Below are positions 1-10,507 of a stretch of 64,000 nucleotides of DNA, one piece after another (position 1 is the stretch's first letter; each line of letters opens with the position of its first letter). The DNA comes from an uncultured delta proteobacterium (lineage in GTDB: Bacteria > Myxococcota_A > UBA9160 > SMWR01). Below the pieces are notes generated by a model. It was not told where the DNA came from, ran no database searches, and saw only the letters and a list, made by a program, of their open reading frames with translations. The DNA is taken from contig CAWHTE010000011.1 in the NCBI GenBank assembly GCA_963832165.1, positions 192,001 to 256,000 on the forward strand, given 5' to 3'. Position numbers and translations under genes: made by a program.

Positions 1-584
1 CCGTGCACAGCGCCTCGACGAGGCGCGGGACTTCCACGTCCGGGAACGCGTCCGAGATCAGTCCGAAGCGCCGGATCACGCGCGCTTCGCGCCGGTAGTC
101 GAGCTCCTCGGCCACCATCGCGGCGATCTCGTTCTTGAAGCCCGAGAGATCGAAGCCGCGCCGCAGCACGGGCAGCGGCGCCGCGAGCAGGCCGAGCACA
201 CGCAGATCGGTCGCGACCGCGTCGGCGATGCCGGGATACTGGAGCTTCACCGCCACGCGCCGTCCGTCGCGCAGCTCCGCCGCGTGCACCTGGCCGAGCG
301 AGGCGGCGATGCCCGCGCCGTCGAACCAGCGGAAGTGATGCGAGAGCGGTGCGCGCAGCTCGCGCTCGATCGCTGCGGTCGCCTCTTGCGCGGAGAGCGC
401 CTGCGGCGCCTCGCATAGCCGAGTCCAGTCCGGAGCGCTCGAGCCGAGCTCGCCGAGCGCGAGCGTCTGACCCAGCTTCTGGGGCAGCCCGCGCAGGCTC
501 GCGAGCCGATCCACCAGCCGGCCGCGCGCCCGCGGACGGTGTCGCCCGAGGGCGCCGTCGACGACGGCGCCCCCGAGCTGCCAC
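1..584 (-). CDS. ABC1/AarF/UbiB-family atypical kinase, N-terminal part (runs off the window's left edge)
   Basis: Manual minus-strand translation gives LRGLPQKLGQ, AASLGQVH, VAVKLQYPGI and EELDYRREA, hallmark ABC1 motifs. Missing from the ORF track because there is no stop in the window. Start uncertain (GTG 584, or ATG 586/595 with an indel). Confidence 0.85.
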   Translation of the reverse strand, partial: MAARGRRRRRRPRATPSAGARPAGGSAREPARAAPEAGSDARARRARLERSGLDSAMRGAAGALRARGDRSDRARAARTALASLPLVRRRGHRRLARPGARGGAARRTARGGEAPVSRHRRRGRDRSACARPARGAAARAAARLRSLGLQERDRRDGGRGARLPARSARDPALRTDLGRVPGRGSPAPRRGAVH

Positions 585-636
585 ATCCTTCCCATTTCGC
601 TTCGCACGGCCGCAGTTCCGCGTTTCGGCTACAGGG

Positions 637-3600
637 TCAGGACGCGGACTTCGCGTTTTCTTTGTTCAGATCCTGGAACTGAGTCACGAGCTGCTGCAGA
701 GCGCCCGCCATTCGCGAGAGCTCCTGCGCCGCGCGCTGCGTGCTCGACGCACCCTGCGTCGTGTTCTCGGCGGCCTGTGCCACCGCAGAGATGTTCTGCG
801 AGATCTGCCCCGATCCGCGGGCTGCCTCGCCGACGCTGCGCGCCACCTCGCCCGCGGTCGCTGTCTGCTCCTCGACGGAGCTCGCGATCGTGGTCTGGAT
901 GTCGTTGATCTTGGTGATCGTGCTGCTGATCTCGTCGATCGCCTTGATCACGTCGTCGGTGTCGCCCTGGATCGTCGAGATCTTCCCGCTGATCTCCTCG
1001 GTGGCGCGCGCCGTCTCCTTGGCGAGCTCCTTCACCTCGTTCGCGACCACCGCGAAGCCCTTGCCGGCCTCGCCCGCGCGCGCGGCCTCGATCGTGGCGT
1101 TGAGCGCGAGCAGGTTGGTCTGCTGGGCGATCGAGGTGATCACCTTGATCACCTTGCCGATCTCCTCGCTCGAGGTGCCCAGCTTCGCGACCGTCTCGGA
1201 GGTGCGACCCGCCACCGCGACCGCCTGGCTCGCGACGCGCGTCGCCTCGGTGGCGCTCTTCGCGATCTCGCGGATACTCGAGTTCATCTCCTCGATACCC
1301 GCCGCCACACTGTCGACGTTCTTCGAGACCTGCGACGAGGCCGCCGACACCTGCGTGGCCTGGGCCGAGGTCTCCTGTGCGTTGCTCGACATCTCCTGCG
1401 AGACCGCGGTCAGCTCCTGAGCCGCGGTGCCGAGGCTCTGCGAGTTGCCGGTCACCTCCGAGAGCATGTTGCGCAGACCCGCGGTGAGGCGCTTCTCGCG
1501 CTCCTCGGCCGCGAGCTTCTCGGTGATCAGCTCCCAGGTCACCATCGGCCCGAGGTAGGTGCCCTTGGCGTCGTAGATCGCCGACACGAGCAGGTCGGCG
1601 GTCTCCGGGCCGACCTCGATGTTCGCGCGCAGCGGCAGGTTCTTGTCGTTGGCGAGCAGCTTGCGCTGGTACGACGCGTCCTTGTGGAAGATGTCGATCG
1701 ACGCACCGACCATCTTGTCGACCGTCACCGGCAGGTACTTCTCGAGCGTCTTCGCCACCTGCCTCGATGCCGGGTTCATGTACACGATGTTGAGGTCGAG
1801 GCTGGCCATCATCACCGCGGTGGGCGCGTTGTCGGCGATCGCCTGCGTGCGCGCGAGGTCGTTCTGGGCCTTGAGCCGCTCGGTGATGAGCTCCCAGGTC
1901 ACCATCGGACCGAGGTACTTGCCCTTTGCGTCGTAGGTCGCGGACACCAGCAGGTCGGCCGTCTCGGGGCCGATCTGGATGTTCGCGCGCAGCGGCAGGT
2001 TCTTTTCGTTCGCGAGCAGCTTGCGCTGATACGCCGGGTCCTTGTGGAAGACGTCGATCGTCGAGCCGACCATCTTGTCGACCGCCACCGGCAGGTACTT
2101 CTCGACCGCCTTGGCGACCTGGAGCGACTGCGGGTTCATGTACACGATGTTGAGATCGAGGTCGGCCATCATCACCGCGGTGGGCGCGTTGTCGGCGATC
2201 GCCTGCGTGCGCGCGAGGTCGTTCTGGACCTTGAGCCGCTCGGTGACGAGCTCCCAGGTCACCATCGGACCGAGGTACTTGCCCTTCGCGTCGTAGGTCG
2301 CGGACACGAGCAGGTCGGCCGTCTCGGGTCCGATCGAGATGTTTGCGCGCAGCGGCAGGTTCTTCTCGTTCGCGAGCAGCTTGCGCTGATACGACGGGTC
2401 CTTGTGGAACACGTCGATCGTCGAGCCGACCATCTTGTCGACCGCCACCGGCAGGTACTTCTCGACCGCCTTGGCGACCTGGAGCGACTGCGGGTTCATG
2501 TACACGATGTTGAGGTCGAGGTCGGCCATCATCACCGCGGTGGGCGCGTTGTCGGCGATCGCCTGGGTGCGCGCGAGGTCGTTCTGGATCTTCAGCTTCT
2601 CGGTCACGAGCTCCCAGGTCACCATCGGCCCGAGGTAGTTCTTGTCCTGGTCGTAGGTCGCCGAGACGAGCAGGTCTGCCATCTCCGGCCCGATCATGAT
2701 GTTCGCGCGCACGGGAAGGTTCTTGTCGTTCGCGAGGATCCGGCGCTGATAGGCCGGATCCTTGTGGAAGATGTCGACGTTCGAGCCGAGCACCTTTTCG
2801 GGCTTGACCGGAAGGTGCTGCTCCAGCTTCTTGAGCGTCGTCTCTGACGCCGGGTTCATGTAGATGATGTTGAGGTCCTTGTCGGCGAGCATCACGTTGG
2901 TCGGTGCGTTCGCGACCATCGACTGGATGCGCGCCTGCTCCACCTCGAGCTGCTTGGTCGCGGTGAGGTCGGTGGCGAACTTCACCACGCGGTAGACCTT
3001 GCCGGACAAGTCACGGATCGGGTTGTACGAGCCCTGGATCCAGACCTCTCCGCCGTCCTTGGCAATGCGCTTGAACTGCCCGGTGCGGTACTCGCCGCGC
3101 TGCAGATCGCCCCAGAAGTCTCGGTACTCCTGGCTGTCCGCGAACTTCTTCTCGACGAGCACGCGGTGGTGGCGGCCCTTCAGCTCGTCGAGCGTGTAGC
3201 CCACGAGGTTCAGGAAGATTTCGTTGGCCGCCACGATCGTGCCGTCGAGCTCGAACTCGATCACGGCCTGCGACTTGCCGATCGCTTCGATCTGGCTCGT
3301 GAAGTCGGCATTGCGCTCCTCGAGCCGCAGCCGATCGCTGATCAGCTCCCAGGTCACCATCGGGCCGAGGTAGCCGCCCTTGGCGTCGTAGATCGCCGAG
3401 ACGAGCAGGTCCGCGGTCTCGGGGCCGATCTTGATGTTTGCGCGCACGGGCAGGTTCTTGTCGTTCGAGAGAATCCGCCGCTGATAGGCCGGGTCGCGGT
3501 GGAACAGGTCGATCGAAGATCCGAGCACCTGATCGGCCTTGACCGGCAGGTGCTGCTCGATCGTCTTCAGCGTCTTCTGCGACGCCGGATTCACGAACAT

Positions 3601-4485
3601 GATCTCGAGCTCGCGGTTGGCGAGCATTACGTTGGTCGGCGCGTTCTGGAGCATCGCCTGGAAGCGCGCGACCTCGCCCTCCGCGATGATCTGCTCGGTC
3701 ACGTTCGCCCACGTCACGACGTAGCCGCTGACCGCATCGCCTTCATACGCCGCGTTGATCTGCGCGCGCAGCGTCACGTTGCCGAACGAGAACATCGCCT
3801 CGTGCGGCAGCGCGGCCGGGTTCTGGAGAATCTTCTCGACCTGCTTCGGGTTCTTGTGGAAGCGGTGGATCGAACCGCCGAGCACCTCGTCGACGCTCAC
3901 GTCGAACGCGCTCTCGAGCTCGCCCTCGATCTCGCGCAGCGTCTCGACCGCCTTCTCGTTCATGTACACGAGCGTGAAGTCGGCGTTGGCGACGAACACG
4001 TTCGCCTGCGCGTTGTCGAGGATGCCGCGCACGGCGCCTTCGCCGCCGAGCACGTCGACCGCGGCGGCGCGGTTCCCCTTGCCCTTCGCGCTCTTGCGCG
4101 CGGGAGCGCTCCGGACGATGTCGTTCTTGAGCGGCGCGACCGCCTTGATCACCTCGGTCACGAGCTCGGCCGGAACGTCGAGGTCGGTGAGCGCGCTCGT
4201 GAGGTGCTCGGCCACGCGATCGAAATGGCGCGGCTCGATCATGAGCTCCGCGTGCGCGTCGCGCATGCTGCGGCCGGAGTACTTGACCGGTCCGCCGAGC
4301 GCCTGCGAGAAGAACTGCACCTGGCGCCGGCCGAGCAGGCCCATGTTCACGCCTTCGAAGAACGGCCGCAGATCGTCGTCGCCGAGCACGTACTCGTAGA
4401 AGATGTCGACTGCGGCGCGGATCGCGTCGCCTCCGCCGAGCCGTTCGAACAGCGACTTCTGCTTCCGGGTGTTGGGCTTGGACAC
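637..4485 (-). CDS. Soluble methyl-accepting chemotaxis protein: truncated haemoglobin + 7 PAS + MCP signalling domain
   Basis: N-terminal SLFERLGG...FYEYVLGD...[10 protein letters not shown]...SMRDAH (group I trHb); six PAS repeats with FH(K/R) and VTW; one AVIEFELDG...[12 protein letters not shown]-terminal [34 protein letters not shown]. No transmembrane segment seen. Confidence 0.95.
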   Translation of the reverse strand: MSKPNTRKQKSLFERLGGGDAIRAAVDIFYEYVLGDDDLRPFFEGVNMGLLGRRQVQFFSQALGGPVKYSGRSMRDAHAELMIEPRHFDRVAEHLTSALTDLDVPAELVTEVIKAVAPLKNDIVRSAPARKSAKGKGNRAAAVDVLGGEGAVRGILDNAQANVFVANADFTLVYMNEKAVETLREIEGELESAFDVSVDEVLGGSIHRFHKNPKQVEKILQNPAALPHEAMFSFGNVTLRAQINAAYEGDAVSGYVVTWANVTEQIIAEGEVARFQAMLQNAPTNVMLANRELEIMFVNPASQKTLKTIEQHLPVKADQVLGSSIDLFHRDPAYQRRILSNDKNLPVRANIKIGPETADLLVSAIYDAKGGYLGPMVTWELISDRLRLEERNADFTSQIEAIGKSQAVIEFELDGTIVAANEIFLNLVGYTLDELKGRHHRVLVEKKFADSQEYRDFWGDLQRGEYRTGQFKRIAKDGGEVWIQGSYNPIRDLSGKVYRVVKFATDLTATKQLEVEQARIQSMVANAPTNVMLADKDLNIIYMNPASETTLKKLEQHLPVKPEKVLGSNVDIFHKDPAYQRRILANDKNLPVRANIMIGPEMADLLVSATYDQDKNYLGPMVTWELVTEKLKIQNDLARTQAIADNAPTAVMMADLDLNIVYMNPQSLQVAKAVEKYLPVAVDKMVGSTIDVFHKDPSYQRKLLANEKNLPLRANISIGPETADLLVSATYDAKGKYLGPMVTWELVTERLKVQNDLARTQAIADNAPTAVMMADLDLNIVYMNPQSLQVAKAVEKYLPVAVDKMVGSTIDVFHKDPAYQRKLLANEKNLPLRANIQIGPETADLLVSATYDAKGKYLGPMVTWELITERLKAQNDLARTQAIADNAPTAVMMASLDLNIVYMNPASRQVAKTLEKYLPVTVDKMVGASIDIFHKDASYQRKLLANDKNLPLRANIEVGPETADLLVSAIYDAKGTYLGPMVTWELITEKLAAEEREKRLTAGLRNMLSEVTGNSQSLGTAAQELTAVSQEMSSNAQETSAQATQVSAASSQVSKNVDSVAAGIEEMNSSIREIAKSATEATRVASQAVAVAGRTSETVAKLGTSSEEIGKVIKVITSIAQQTNLLALNATIEAARAGEAGKGFAVVANEVKELAKETARATEEISGKISTIQGDTDDVIKAIDEISSTITKINDIQTTIASSVEEQTATAGEVARSVGEAARGSGQISQNISAVAQAAENTTQGASSTQRAAQELSRMAGALQQLVTQFQDLNKENAKSAS
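1520..2960. repeat. Four tandem 360-nt intragenic repeats (120-aa PAS units)
   Basis: ctcccaggtcaccatcgg recurs at 1531, 1891, 2251 and 2611; ggccatcatcaccgcggtgggcgcgttgtcggcgatcgcctg recurs near 1804, 2164 and 2524; a further homologous unit lies near 3340-3700. Confidence 0.95.
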
Positions 4486-4487
4486 GA

Positions 4488-4955
4488 TCAGTTCTCCTCA
4501 ATACGGTTGAAACGGTCATCGATTTCGGCGGTCGACACCGCGATCGCGGCGTCACTGGATAGAACGAGCAGCAGGCCCTGTTCGAGCTTGTAGACGCCGC
4601 GGATCAGGTCCTGCGTCGCGCCGAGGTTGTCCGGCGGCGGCTCGAAGGCCTCTTCGGAGAGCGTCAGCACCTCGCCGATCTGGTCTGCGAGCAGGCTCAC
4701 GGGCCCGTCGTCGGTGCGGATCACCACGTTCGCGGGCAGCGCATCGCCGGTGCGGTCGCGCAGCTTCAAGCAGCGGCGCAGCTCGATCGCAGGCACGATC
4801 TGCCCGCGCAGGTTGATCAGCCCGCGCACCGAGCCGGGCGCGAGCGGGATCGGCGTCATCTCCTGATGGCGCAGGATCTCCTGGACGCGCTCGACCTCGA
4901 CGCCGAACAGCGCCTCGTCGACGACGAACGTGCAGAACTGCTGAGTCGCCATCAC
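4488..4955 (-). CDS. cheW: Chemotaxis coupling protein CheW
   Basis: QFCTFVV...[11 protein letters not shown]...[15 protein letters not shown]; lies between cheA and the MCP. Confidence 0.95.
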   Translation of the reverse strand: MMATQQFCTFVVDEALFGVEVERVQEILRHQEMTPIPLAPGSVRGLINLRGQIVPAIELRRCLKLRDRTGDALPANVVIRTDDGPVSLLADQIGEVLTLSEEAFEPPPDNLGATQDLIRGVYKLEQGLLLVLSSDAAIAVSTAEIDDRFNRIEEN

Positions 4956-7127
4956 GCCTCTCCCGCAGCTGTCGCCGTAGCCGTGGCCGTGAAGAAGGTC
5001 GGATCCGCGTCACGGATCACGCCCTCGACGTCGAGGAACTCGGTGATGCGGCCCTGCACGGGCATCGAGCCGAGCACGCCCGAGCGCGTGGCGCCGCGCT
5101 CGAGCGAGAGCTTCACGGGCGTGATGTCGAGGATCGCCTCGACCACGAAGCCGATCACGCGGTCGTTGTGCGCGCACACCACGACGTGGCGTGTGTCCGA
5201 ACTGCCGTCCGCGGCGGTCGCGGAACGCGTGTCGCCGAGCACTTCCGCGAGGTTGAGCAGCGGCAGGATCTGGCCGCGATACTGCACGAGGTCTTTGCCG
5301 CCAACGCGCTCGATCCGGTCGGCCTTCAGCTCCTCGAGCCGCGCGACCTTCGAGAGCGGAATCGCGATCCGCCCGTCGCCGACCATCCGGCACAGCACCG
5401 CCTGGTCGACGTCGGCCGCGGCAGCCTCCGCATGTTCCGCGGCCACCTTCGCCCCGAGCGCGTCGTGGCGCTCCGTCACCGCGCCGAGGCGCTGCGAGAG
5501 CCCCATCGCATCGAGGATCAGCGCGACGCGGCCGTCGCCCATCACGGTCGCGCCGGAATAACAGGAGATCGCCTTGAGCCGCTTCCAGAGCGGCTTGACC
5601 ACGATCTCCTCGGTGTCGGAGACCTCGTCGACCACGAGGCCGTAGCTGCGGTCGTCGGCCTGAAGCACGACGATCGCGAGGCTCTGCTGGTCGGGAGCCT
5701 CGCTCTGCACGCGGAGCTCGCGGTGCAGGTAGGCGACCGGCAGGAGCTTCCCGCGCAGCCGATAGACCGGCGCGCCGTGCACCTCTTCGATGCTTCTGAC
5801 CGCCCTGGTCGCTGCGCACCACCTCGAGCAGGCTCGCCTGCGGGATCGCGTAGGACTGTCCGCCGCTCTTCACGATCAGCGCCGGGATGATCGCGAGGGT
5901 GAGCGGGATCTTGATCTTGACGTTCGTGCCCTCGCCGACGCGGCTGTACACGTCGACCGTACCGCCGATGCGCTCGACGTTGGTCTTCACGACGTCCATG
6001 CCCACGCCGCGTCCGGAGACGTTCGTGACGCGCTCCGCCGTGGTGAAGCCCGGGATGAAGATCAGTCCGAGCACCTCGCGGTCGGTCATGCGCGCGAGCT
6101 GTTCGGGGGTCGCGAGGTTGCGGTCGAGCGCGCGCTGCTTGACGGCGGCAGGGTTGATGCCGACGCCGTCGTCGACGATCTCGATGTTGACCATCCCGCC
6201 TTCGTGGAACGCGCGCAGCGTGAGCGTGCCCTGCTCGGGCTTTCCGCCGCGCAGCTCGGGGCGCTCGATGCCGTGGTCGACGGCGTTGCGCACGAGGTGG
6301 GTGAGCGGGTCCTGGATCGCCTCGATGATGCTCTTGTCGAGCTCGGTGTCCCGGCCCTCGAGCACGAGCCGCACGCGCTTGCCCGACATGCGCTCCATGT
6401 CGCGCACGACGCGCGGGAAGCGGTTCCAGATGTTCCCGATCGGCTGCATGCGCGTCTTCATCACGGCTTCCTGGAGCTCGGTGGTCACGAGCGACAGGCG
6501 CTGCGACGGCGCGACGAGCGCGGTCTGGGGCTGCTGCGTGGTGAGCTGGGCAATCTGATTGCGCGCGAGCACGAGCTCGCCGACCAGGTTCATGAGTCGG
6601 TCGAGCAGACCGACGTCGACGCGGATCTTGTTCTCCGCGAGCAAAGCGGGATCGACGCCGCCTCCGTCGCGCCCGTCGCCGTCTCCACCGCCGGAGCCGT
6701 TCGACAGCACTTCCTGCGACTGCTCGCGCGCAGCCGCGAGCTCGAGCCGCGCGACCACGGGGCCGACGTCGAGGTCGCCCTCGCCGCCCGTCGCCGCGAT
6801 CTGGGCGAGCAGGCGCCGGATCGTGTCGACCATCGCGAGCAGCGCGTTGGTGGCCTCGGAGTCGATCAGCAGAGAGCCGTCGCGCGCGAGCGCGAGCAGC
6901 GTCTCGCCCGCGTGCGCGACGGCCTCGATCTTCGGCAGATCCAGGAAGCTGCAGCTGCCCTTGATCGTGTGGACGTTGCGGAACAGGCTGCGGACCAGCT
7001 CGGCCGACGTGGGATCGCTCTCGAGCTCGAGCAACGAGCGCTCGAAGCGCTCGAGGTTCTCGCGGCTCTCGGTCTGGAACTCCGCGACGACGAGATCGCG
7101 CTCTTCGCTAGGGGAGGGCGCGCTCAT
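4952..7127 (-). CDS. cheA: Chemotaxis histidine kinase CheA with two C-terminal CheW-like domains (frameshift near 5790-5797)
   Basis: Hpt FRNVHTIKG; IRVDVGLLDRLMNLVGELVLARN; HLVRNAVDHGIE; SGRGVGMDVV; PLTLAII. Continues in another frame as IEEVHGAPVYRLRG. ATG 7127 overlaps the upstream stop. Confidence 0.92.
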
Positions 7128-7510
7128 GCTCTCTTCCGGTGGGCCTCGAGATAGCGCTCGACGAGCGACATCAAGCCCTGCTTGTCGAACGGCTTCTTGA
7201 AGAAGTCGGTGCAGCCGGCCTTCGTGCCGAGCTCGCGCTCGCGATCGCCGATGTCGGCCGACGCCATCACGATCGGGATATGCGCTCCCCACGGCTCCGC
7301 GCGCAGACGCCGGCACGTCTCGAAGCCGTCGATGCCCGGCATGTGCACGTCGAGCAGGATCAGATCCGGACGCATCACGTCGGCCTGCACGAGGCCTTCT
7401 TCGCCGCTCTGCGCTGCGCACAGCGCGAGATCGGTTCCGCGCAGGAGCAGACGCGTGGCGGCGGCGATCATCGACGAGTCGTCGATCAGCAACAGCTTCT
7501 GTTTCGCCAT
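7124..7510 (-). CDS. Single-domain response regulator (CheY-like receiver)
   Basis: LLIDDS, DLILLDVHMPGIDG, MAS, KKP receiver motifs; ATG at 7510. Confidence 0.9.
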   Translation of the reverse strand: MAKQKLLLIDDSSMIAAATRLLLRGTDLALCAAQSGEEGLVQADVMRPDLILLDVHMPGIDGFETCRRLRAEPWGAHIPIVMASADIGDRERELGTKAGCTDFFKKPFDKQGLMSLVERYLEAHRKRA

Positions 7511-7574
7511 GCGCCTGACTATTTCGGTCGTTCGACAGGCGAATGAAGGCAAAAACCGGAGCAAATACAGATAG

Positions 7575-7588
7575 TTAAGATATCTTAA
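7575..7588. promoter_or_regulatory. Perfect 14-bp palindrome TTAAGATATCTTAA, putative operator
   Basis: AT-rich palindrome in the divergent intergenic region between the two receiver genes. Confidence 0.5.
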
Positions 7589-7615
7589 AAGTTGGGGCTC
7601 CGCGCGCGCGATCGC

Positions 7616-7642
7616 TCAAGACCCGCGCATCCGGTGCCGAAC
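7616..7642 (+). promoter_or_regulatory. Putative sigma28 (FliA)-like promoter
   Basis: TCAAG-N14-GCCGAACT just upstream of GTG 7660, in a chemotaxis locus. Confidence 0.35.
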
Positions 7643-7659
7643 TTCAGGCACCGAAAGGG

Positions 7660-8040
7660 GTGCCCGTGGAACGTCGCTATCGCGTGCTGGCGCTCGACGA
7701 CTCGGAGTTGATCCACGCGAAGCTGCGGATGCTGTTCCGCTCGCAGAGCGTGGATCTCACGTGCACGGCGAAGTGGACCGACGTCGCCGAGGCGTGCGCC
7801 TCGGGAAACCCGCCCGATCTGCTGATCCTCGATCTCGACATGGGCGAAGTGCGCGGCGAGATCGTCGGGATGGGCTTGCGCAGCACCCACAGCGAGATTC
7901 CGATCGTGATCTTCTCGTCGGAAGCGGAGAAGCGCCTCTCGCTCGCAGCCCGCAACGTGGGCGCGCGCGCGGCGGTCGCGAAGGCGGATGGAGAGGGACT
8001 CGTGCGCACGGTGATGCAGATCCTGGCTGCGACGTGCTGA
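7660..8040 (+). CDS. Single-domain response regulator
   Basis: LALDDS, PDLLILDLDM, IVIFSS and AVAK receiver motifs. Confidence 0.88.
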   Translation: MPVERRYRVLALDDSELIHAKLRMLFRSQSVDLTCTAKWTDVAEACASGNPPDLLILDLDMGEVRGEIVGMGLRSTHSEIPIVIFSSEAEKRLSLAARNVGARAAVAKADGEGLVRTVMQILAATC

Positions 8041-8423
8041 GCGACGACGACCGCCGGATGCTGCTCGGCCTGTACGGCACGAGCGCGCTCAAGATCGCGG
8101 CCGAGATGAAGGTGCTGCTGGGTGCGTGGCAAGGAACGGGCGACGCCGGGGCGACTCTGCTCGCGCGCGCGCACCGATTGCGCGGCGATTCGACGACGGC
8201 CGAGCTCCACTCGACCGTCGAGCTCCTGCGCGCGTTCGAGACCGTGTTGCGCGCGATCTGCAGCGGTGAGATCGCAGCGACGCCCGCGCGCGGCGCGCTG
8301 CTCGAGGCCGCTATCGATCGGGTTGCCGACGTCGCGGCGCGTGCAGTCGATGGCGAGTGCGAGGAGCCCGGTGAGCACAAGGAGCTCATCGAGCGCCTGA
8401 GTCTCGCGCTTACAGCTTCATGA
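8034..8423 (+). CDS. Stand-alone Hpt (histidine phosphotransfer)-like protein
   Basis: From GTG 8034, overlapping the receiver stop: helical protein with AHRLRGDS, resembling the Hpt HxLKG motif. Confidence 0.65.
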   Translation: MLSDDDRRMLLGLYGTSALKIAAEMKVLLGAWQGTGDAGATLLARAHRLRGDSTTAELHSTVELLRAFETVLRAICSGEIAATPARGALLEAAIDRVADVAARAVDGECEEPGEHKELIERLSLALTAS

Positions 8424-8859
8424 AGTCGGGTGTATTGAACACCCAGCTCTTCTCCTCGACGCGCCGCCGGATCCGCCAGCCCGCATTGGTGCGCACGTAC
8501 TCGTCCACGTACCAGAGCCCGAGCATGAACACCTGAGATCCGCCGCCCGGTAGCGGCATCTCCTGCGGGTTGAAGCACATCACGCGCCCGGTCGCGTGGT
8601 CGCCGTCGACCGCGATCTGCGCGTTCGCGTTCGAATGTTGCGTGTTCGGGAACATCGGCATCGCCTTCTTCAGGAACGCGATCGTGTGGTCGCGATTCCC
8701 CACCGAACCACCGAACACGCTGTAGTCGATGTGCGCGTCCTCCGCGAACACGTCGTAGAGCTCGTCGAAGCGCTTGCCGTCGATCACCTCGGCGTAGCGG
8801 TAGAGCAGATCCTGGATCTCCATGCGATCGGAGATTTCCTGCAGCGAGAGCGTCATCAC
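8410..8859 (-). CDS. SnoaL-like/NTF2-family protein
   Basis: DRMEIQDLLYRYAEVID...FAEDAHIDY...YVDEYVRTNAGWRIRRR pattern. Confidence 0.88.
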   Translation of the reverse strand: MMTLSLQEISDRMEIQDLLYRYAEVIDGKRFDELYDVFAEDAHIDYSVFGGSVGNRDHTIAFLKKAMPMFPNTQHSNANAQIAVDGDHATGRVMCFNPQEMPLPGGGSQVFMLGLWYVDEYVRTNAGWRIRRRVEEKSWVFNTPDFMKL

Positions 8860-8940
8860 GGCCTCCGTTCTGCGCGTAAGGTTGCCGCGTCGCCCGAGCG
8901 CGGGCTACTACTGGTGAATGACACGCGATGGGGGTTCGAG

Positions 8941-9339
8941 ATGAAGCGCTTGTTGCTCGTTGCAGTCTTTGCAGTCGCCGCACCGGCATTCGCCGGGGCG
9001 GAGGCCGGTGTTTCGATCCAGGTCGGCCACCCCGGCTTCCACGGCCGCATCGACATCGGCGGCTTTCCGGAGCCTCGGCTGGTCTTCCCGGAGCCCGTGA
9101 TCATCGATCACGTACACGTCGTCGGGGGACCGCCAATCTACTTGCACGTGCCTCCGGGCCACGCGAAGGACTGGGGCAAGCACTGCGCCCACTACGACGC
9201 CTGTGGCCACCGGGTCTTCTTCGTGCAGGACAGCTGGTACGACGAGGTCTACGTCCCGGGCTACCAGAAACGCCACGGCGGCGGTGGTGGCCAGAGCAAG
9301 GGACCCGGCAAGGGCCACGGCAAGGGGCACAAGAAGTAG
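8941..9339 (+). CDS. Secreted hypothetical protein (PPGHAK-type, Gly/Lys-rich tail)
   Basis: Signal peptide MKRLLLVAVFAVAAPAFA; YLHVPPGHAKDWGKHC motif. Confidence 0.75.
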   Translation: MKRLLLVAVFAVAAPAFAGAEAGVSIQVGHPGFHGRIDIGGFPEPRLVFPEPVIIDHVHVVGGPPIYLHVPPGHAKDWGKHCAHYDACGHRVFFVQDSWYDEVYVPGYQKRHGGGGGQSKGPGKGHGKGHKK

Positions 9340-9352
9340 GTGACGTCGCTGG

Positions 9353-10498
9353 TTAGTTGCCGGCTGCGAGGAAGCTCGCCTCCGGGAAATCCAGGGCCAG
9401 CGTCTCGCTCAGGAACGCGTCGTGCGCGGTCCGCGTGGCGGCGTCCTGCGCGAAGCGGCTCTCGAAGAACGCGAGCGCGGCGAGACGCGTGATCATGAGC
9501 TGCCGGCCGGCGGCGAGCGCCGAGCCCGGAGCGCCGTTGCTGCACGGCAGCAGCGCGTTCGGATCGAAGAGAACGCCCTCGGCCACACCGCCCAGCTTTT
9601 CGAACGGGTTCTCGAGCGGGAGCTGGAGGTTTCGCGTCAGCGCATAGCAGCCGATCCCGTCGGGATTCGCGAGCAGCCGCATCGGGAACATGTCCGCGAA
9701 CGCGGCAAAGCCCGCGTGGCTGGCGCCCTCGATCGAGACGAGACCGCCGGTCCGCAGCTTCCGCGGTGTCGGAGCGGCGTTCGCCTCGTAGGCGATCATC
9801 GCATCGCTCGTACCCGCGATCATGAGAAACGGGATGTCCGCGCTGGCGAAGAAGGCGGGCGAGAACATCACGGCGGGACCGGCGATCGAGATGGCGGCCG
9901 CGATGCGCGGGTCGCGCATCAGTGGATGGAACGCCGCGAGCGTCGTGGTGAGACCGCCGAGCGAGAGCCCGACCGCGCCGATGCGTTCGCGATCGATCTC
10001 GCCCTCGAATGGACGCTCGCCGGCCTTCCACGCGAGCACCGAGTCGATCACGAAGCGGACGTCGCCGGGCTGGTTCAGGGCGTCGCGCACGTTCGGGCCG
10101 CCGGGCGCGGCGAAATTCGTGAGCGGGTAGTCGACAGAGACCACCACGTAGCCGTGGCTCGCGAGCAGCGCCGCGAGTGGCGCGTTCTCGCTGCGCATCG
10201 ACATGAAGCCGTGGCTGTAGACCAGGAGCGGGTGCGCGTCCGAGGCGCCTTCGGGGTACCAGAGCGTCGCGGAGAGCGTTCGCTCGGGCGAGCCCGCGAA
10301 GTCGCCATTCGCGTCCGTCGGCCGCGAGTCGTCGACGAATACGGTGTCGAATATGGCGACGCGGTGCGGTCCCGACGCCAGGCGTCTCGCGCTCTCGCTG
10401 TCCGCCGCGGGAAGCACTGCCGCCTTCCACGCGAAGGCGACGGCGAGTGAGGCCGCAAGGACGACGACGATGCCGAAGATCCAACGCAGTGCCTTCAT
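9353..10498 (-). CDS. Membrane-anchored or secreted alpha/beta hydrolase (chlorophyllase/PAF-AH-like)
   Basis: N-terminal hydrophobic segment; YSHG oxyanion motif; GLSLGG nucleophile elbow; GTSD; GASH. Confidence 0.85.
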   Translation of the reverse strand: MKALRWIFGIVVVLAASLAVAFAWKAAVLPAADSESARRLASGPHRVAIFDTVFVDDSRPTDANGDFAGSPERTLSATLWYPEGASDAHPLLVYSHGFMSMRSENAPLAALLASHGYVVVSVDYPLTNFAAPGGPNVRDALNQPGDVRFVIDSVLAWKAGERPFEGEIDRERIGAVGLSLGGLTTTLAAFHPLMRDPRIAAAISIAGPAVMFSPAFFASADIPFLMIAGTSDAMIAYEANAAPTPRKLRTGGLVSIEGASHAGFAAFADMFPMRLLANPDGIGCYALTRNLQLPLENPFEKLGGVAEGVLFDPNALLPCSNGAPGSALAAGRQLMITRLAALAFFESRFAQDAATRTAHDAFLSETLALDFPEASFLAAGN

Positions 10499-10507
10499 GG
10501 CATGATC

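Noticed and set aside
1520..2960. Periodic repeats as a possible CRISPR array
   Set aside because: 360-nt in-frame coding units with no unique spacers; no cas genes in the window.
349..4593. Long plus-strand ORFs (832 aa, 475 aa) opposite the MCP, and similar long Arg/Ala-rich ORFs throughout the window
   Set aside because: Shadow frames of high-GC genes; they carry no family motifs and their repeats mirror the real gene.
5010..7421. 803-aa CheA ORF as given in the track, and cheA as a true split gene
   Set aside because: The real start is ATG 7127 and the Arg-rich tail is off-frame after an indel near 5790; more likely one gene.
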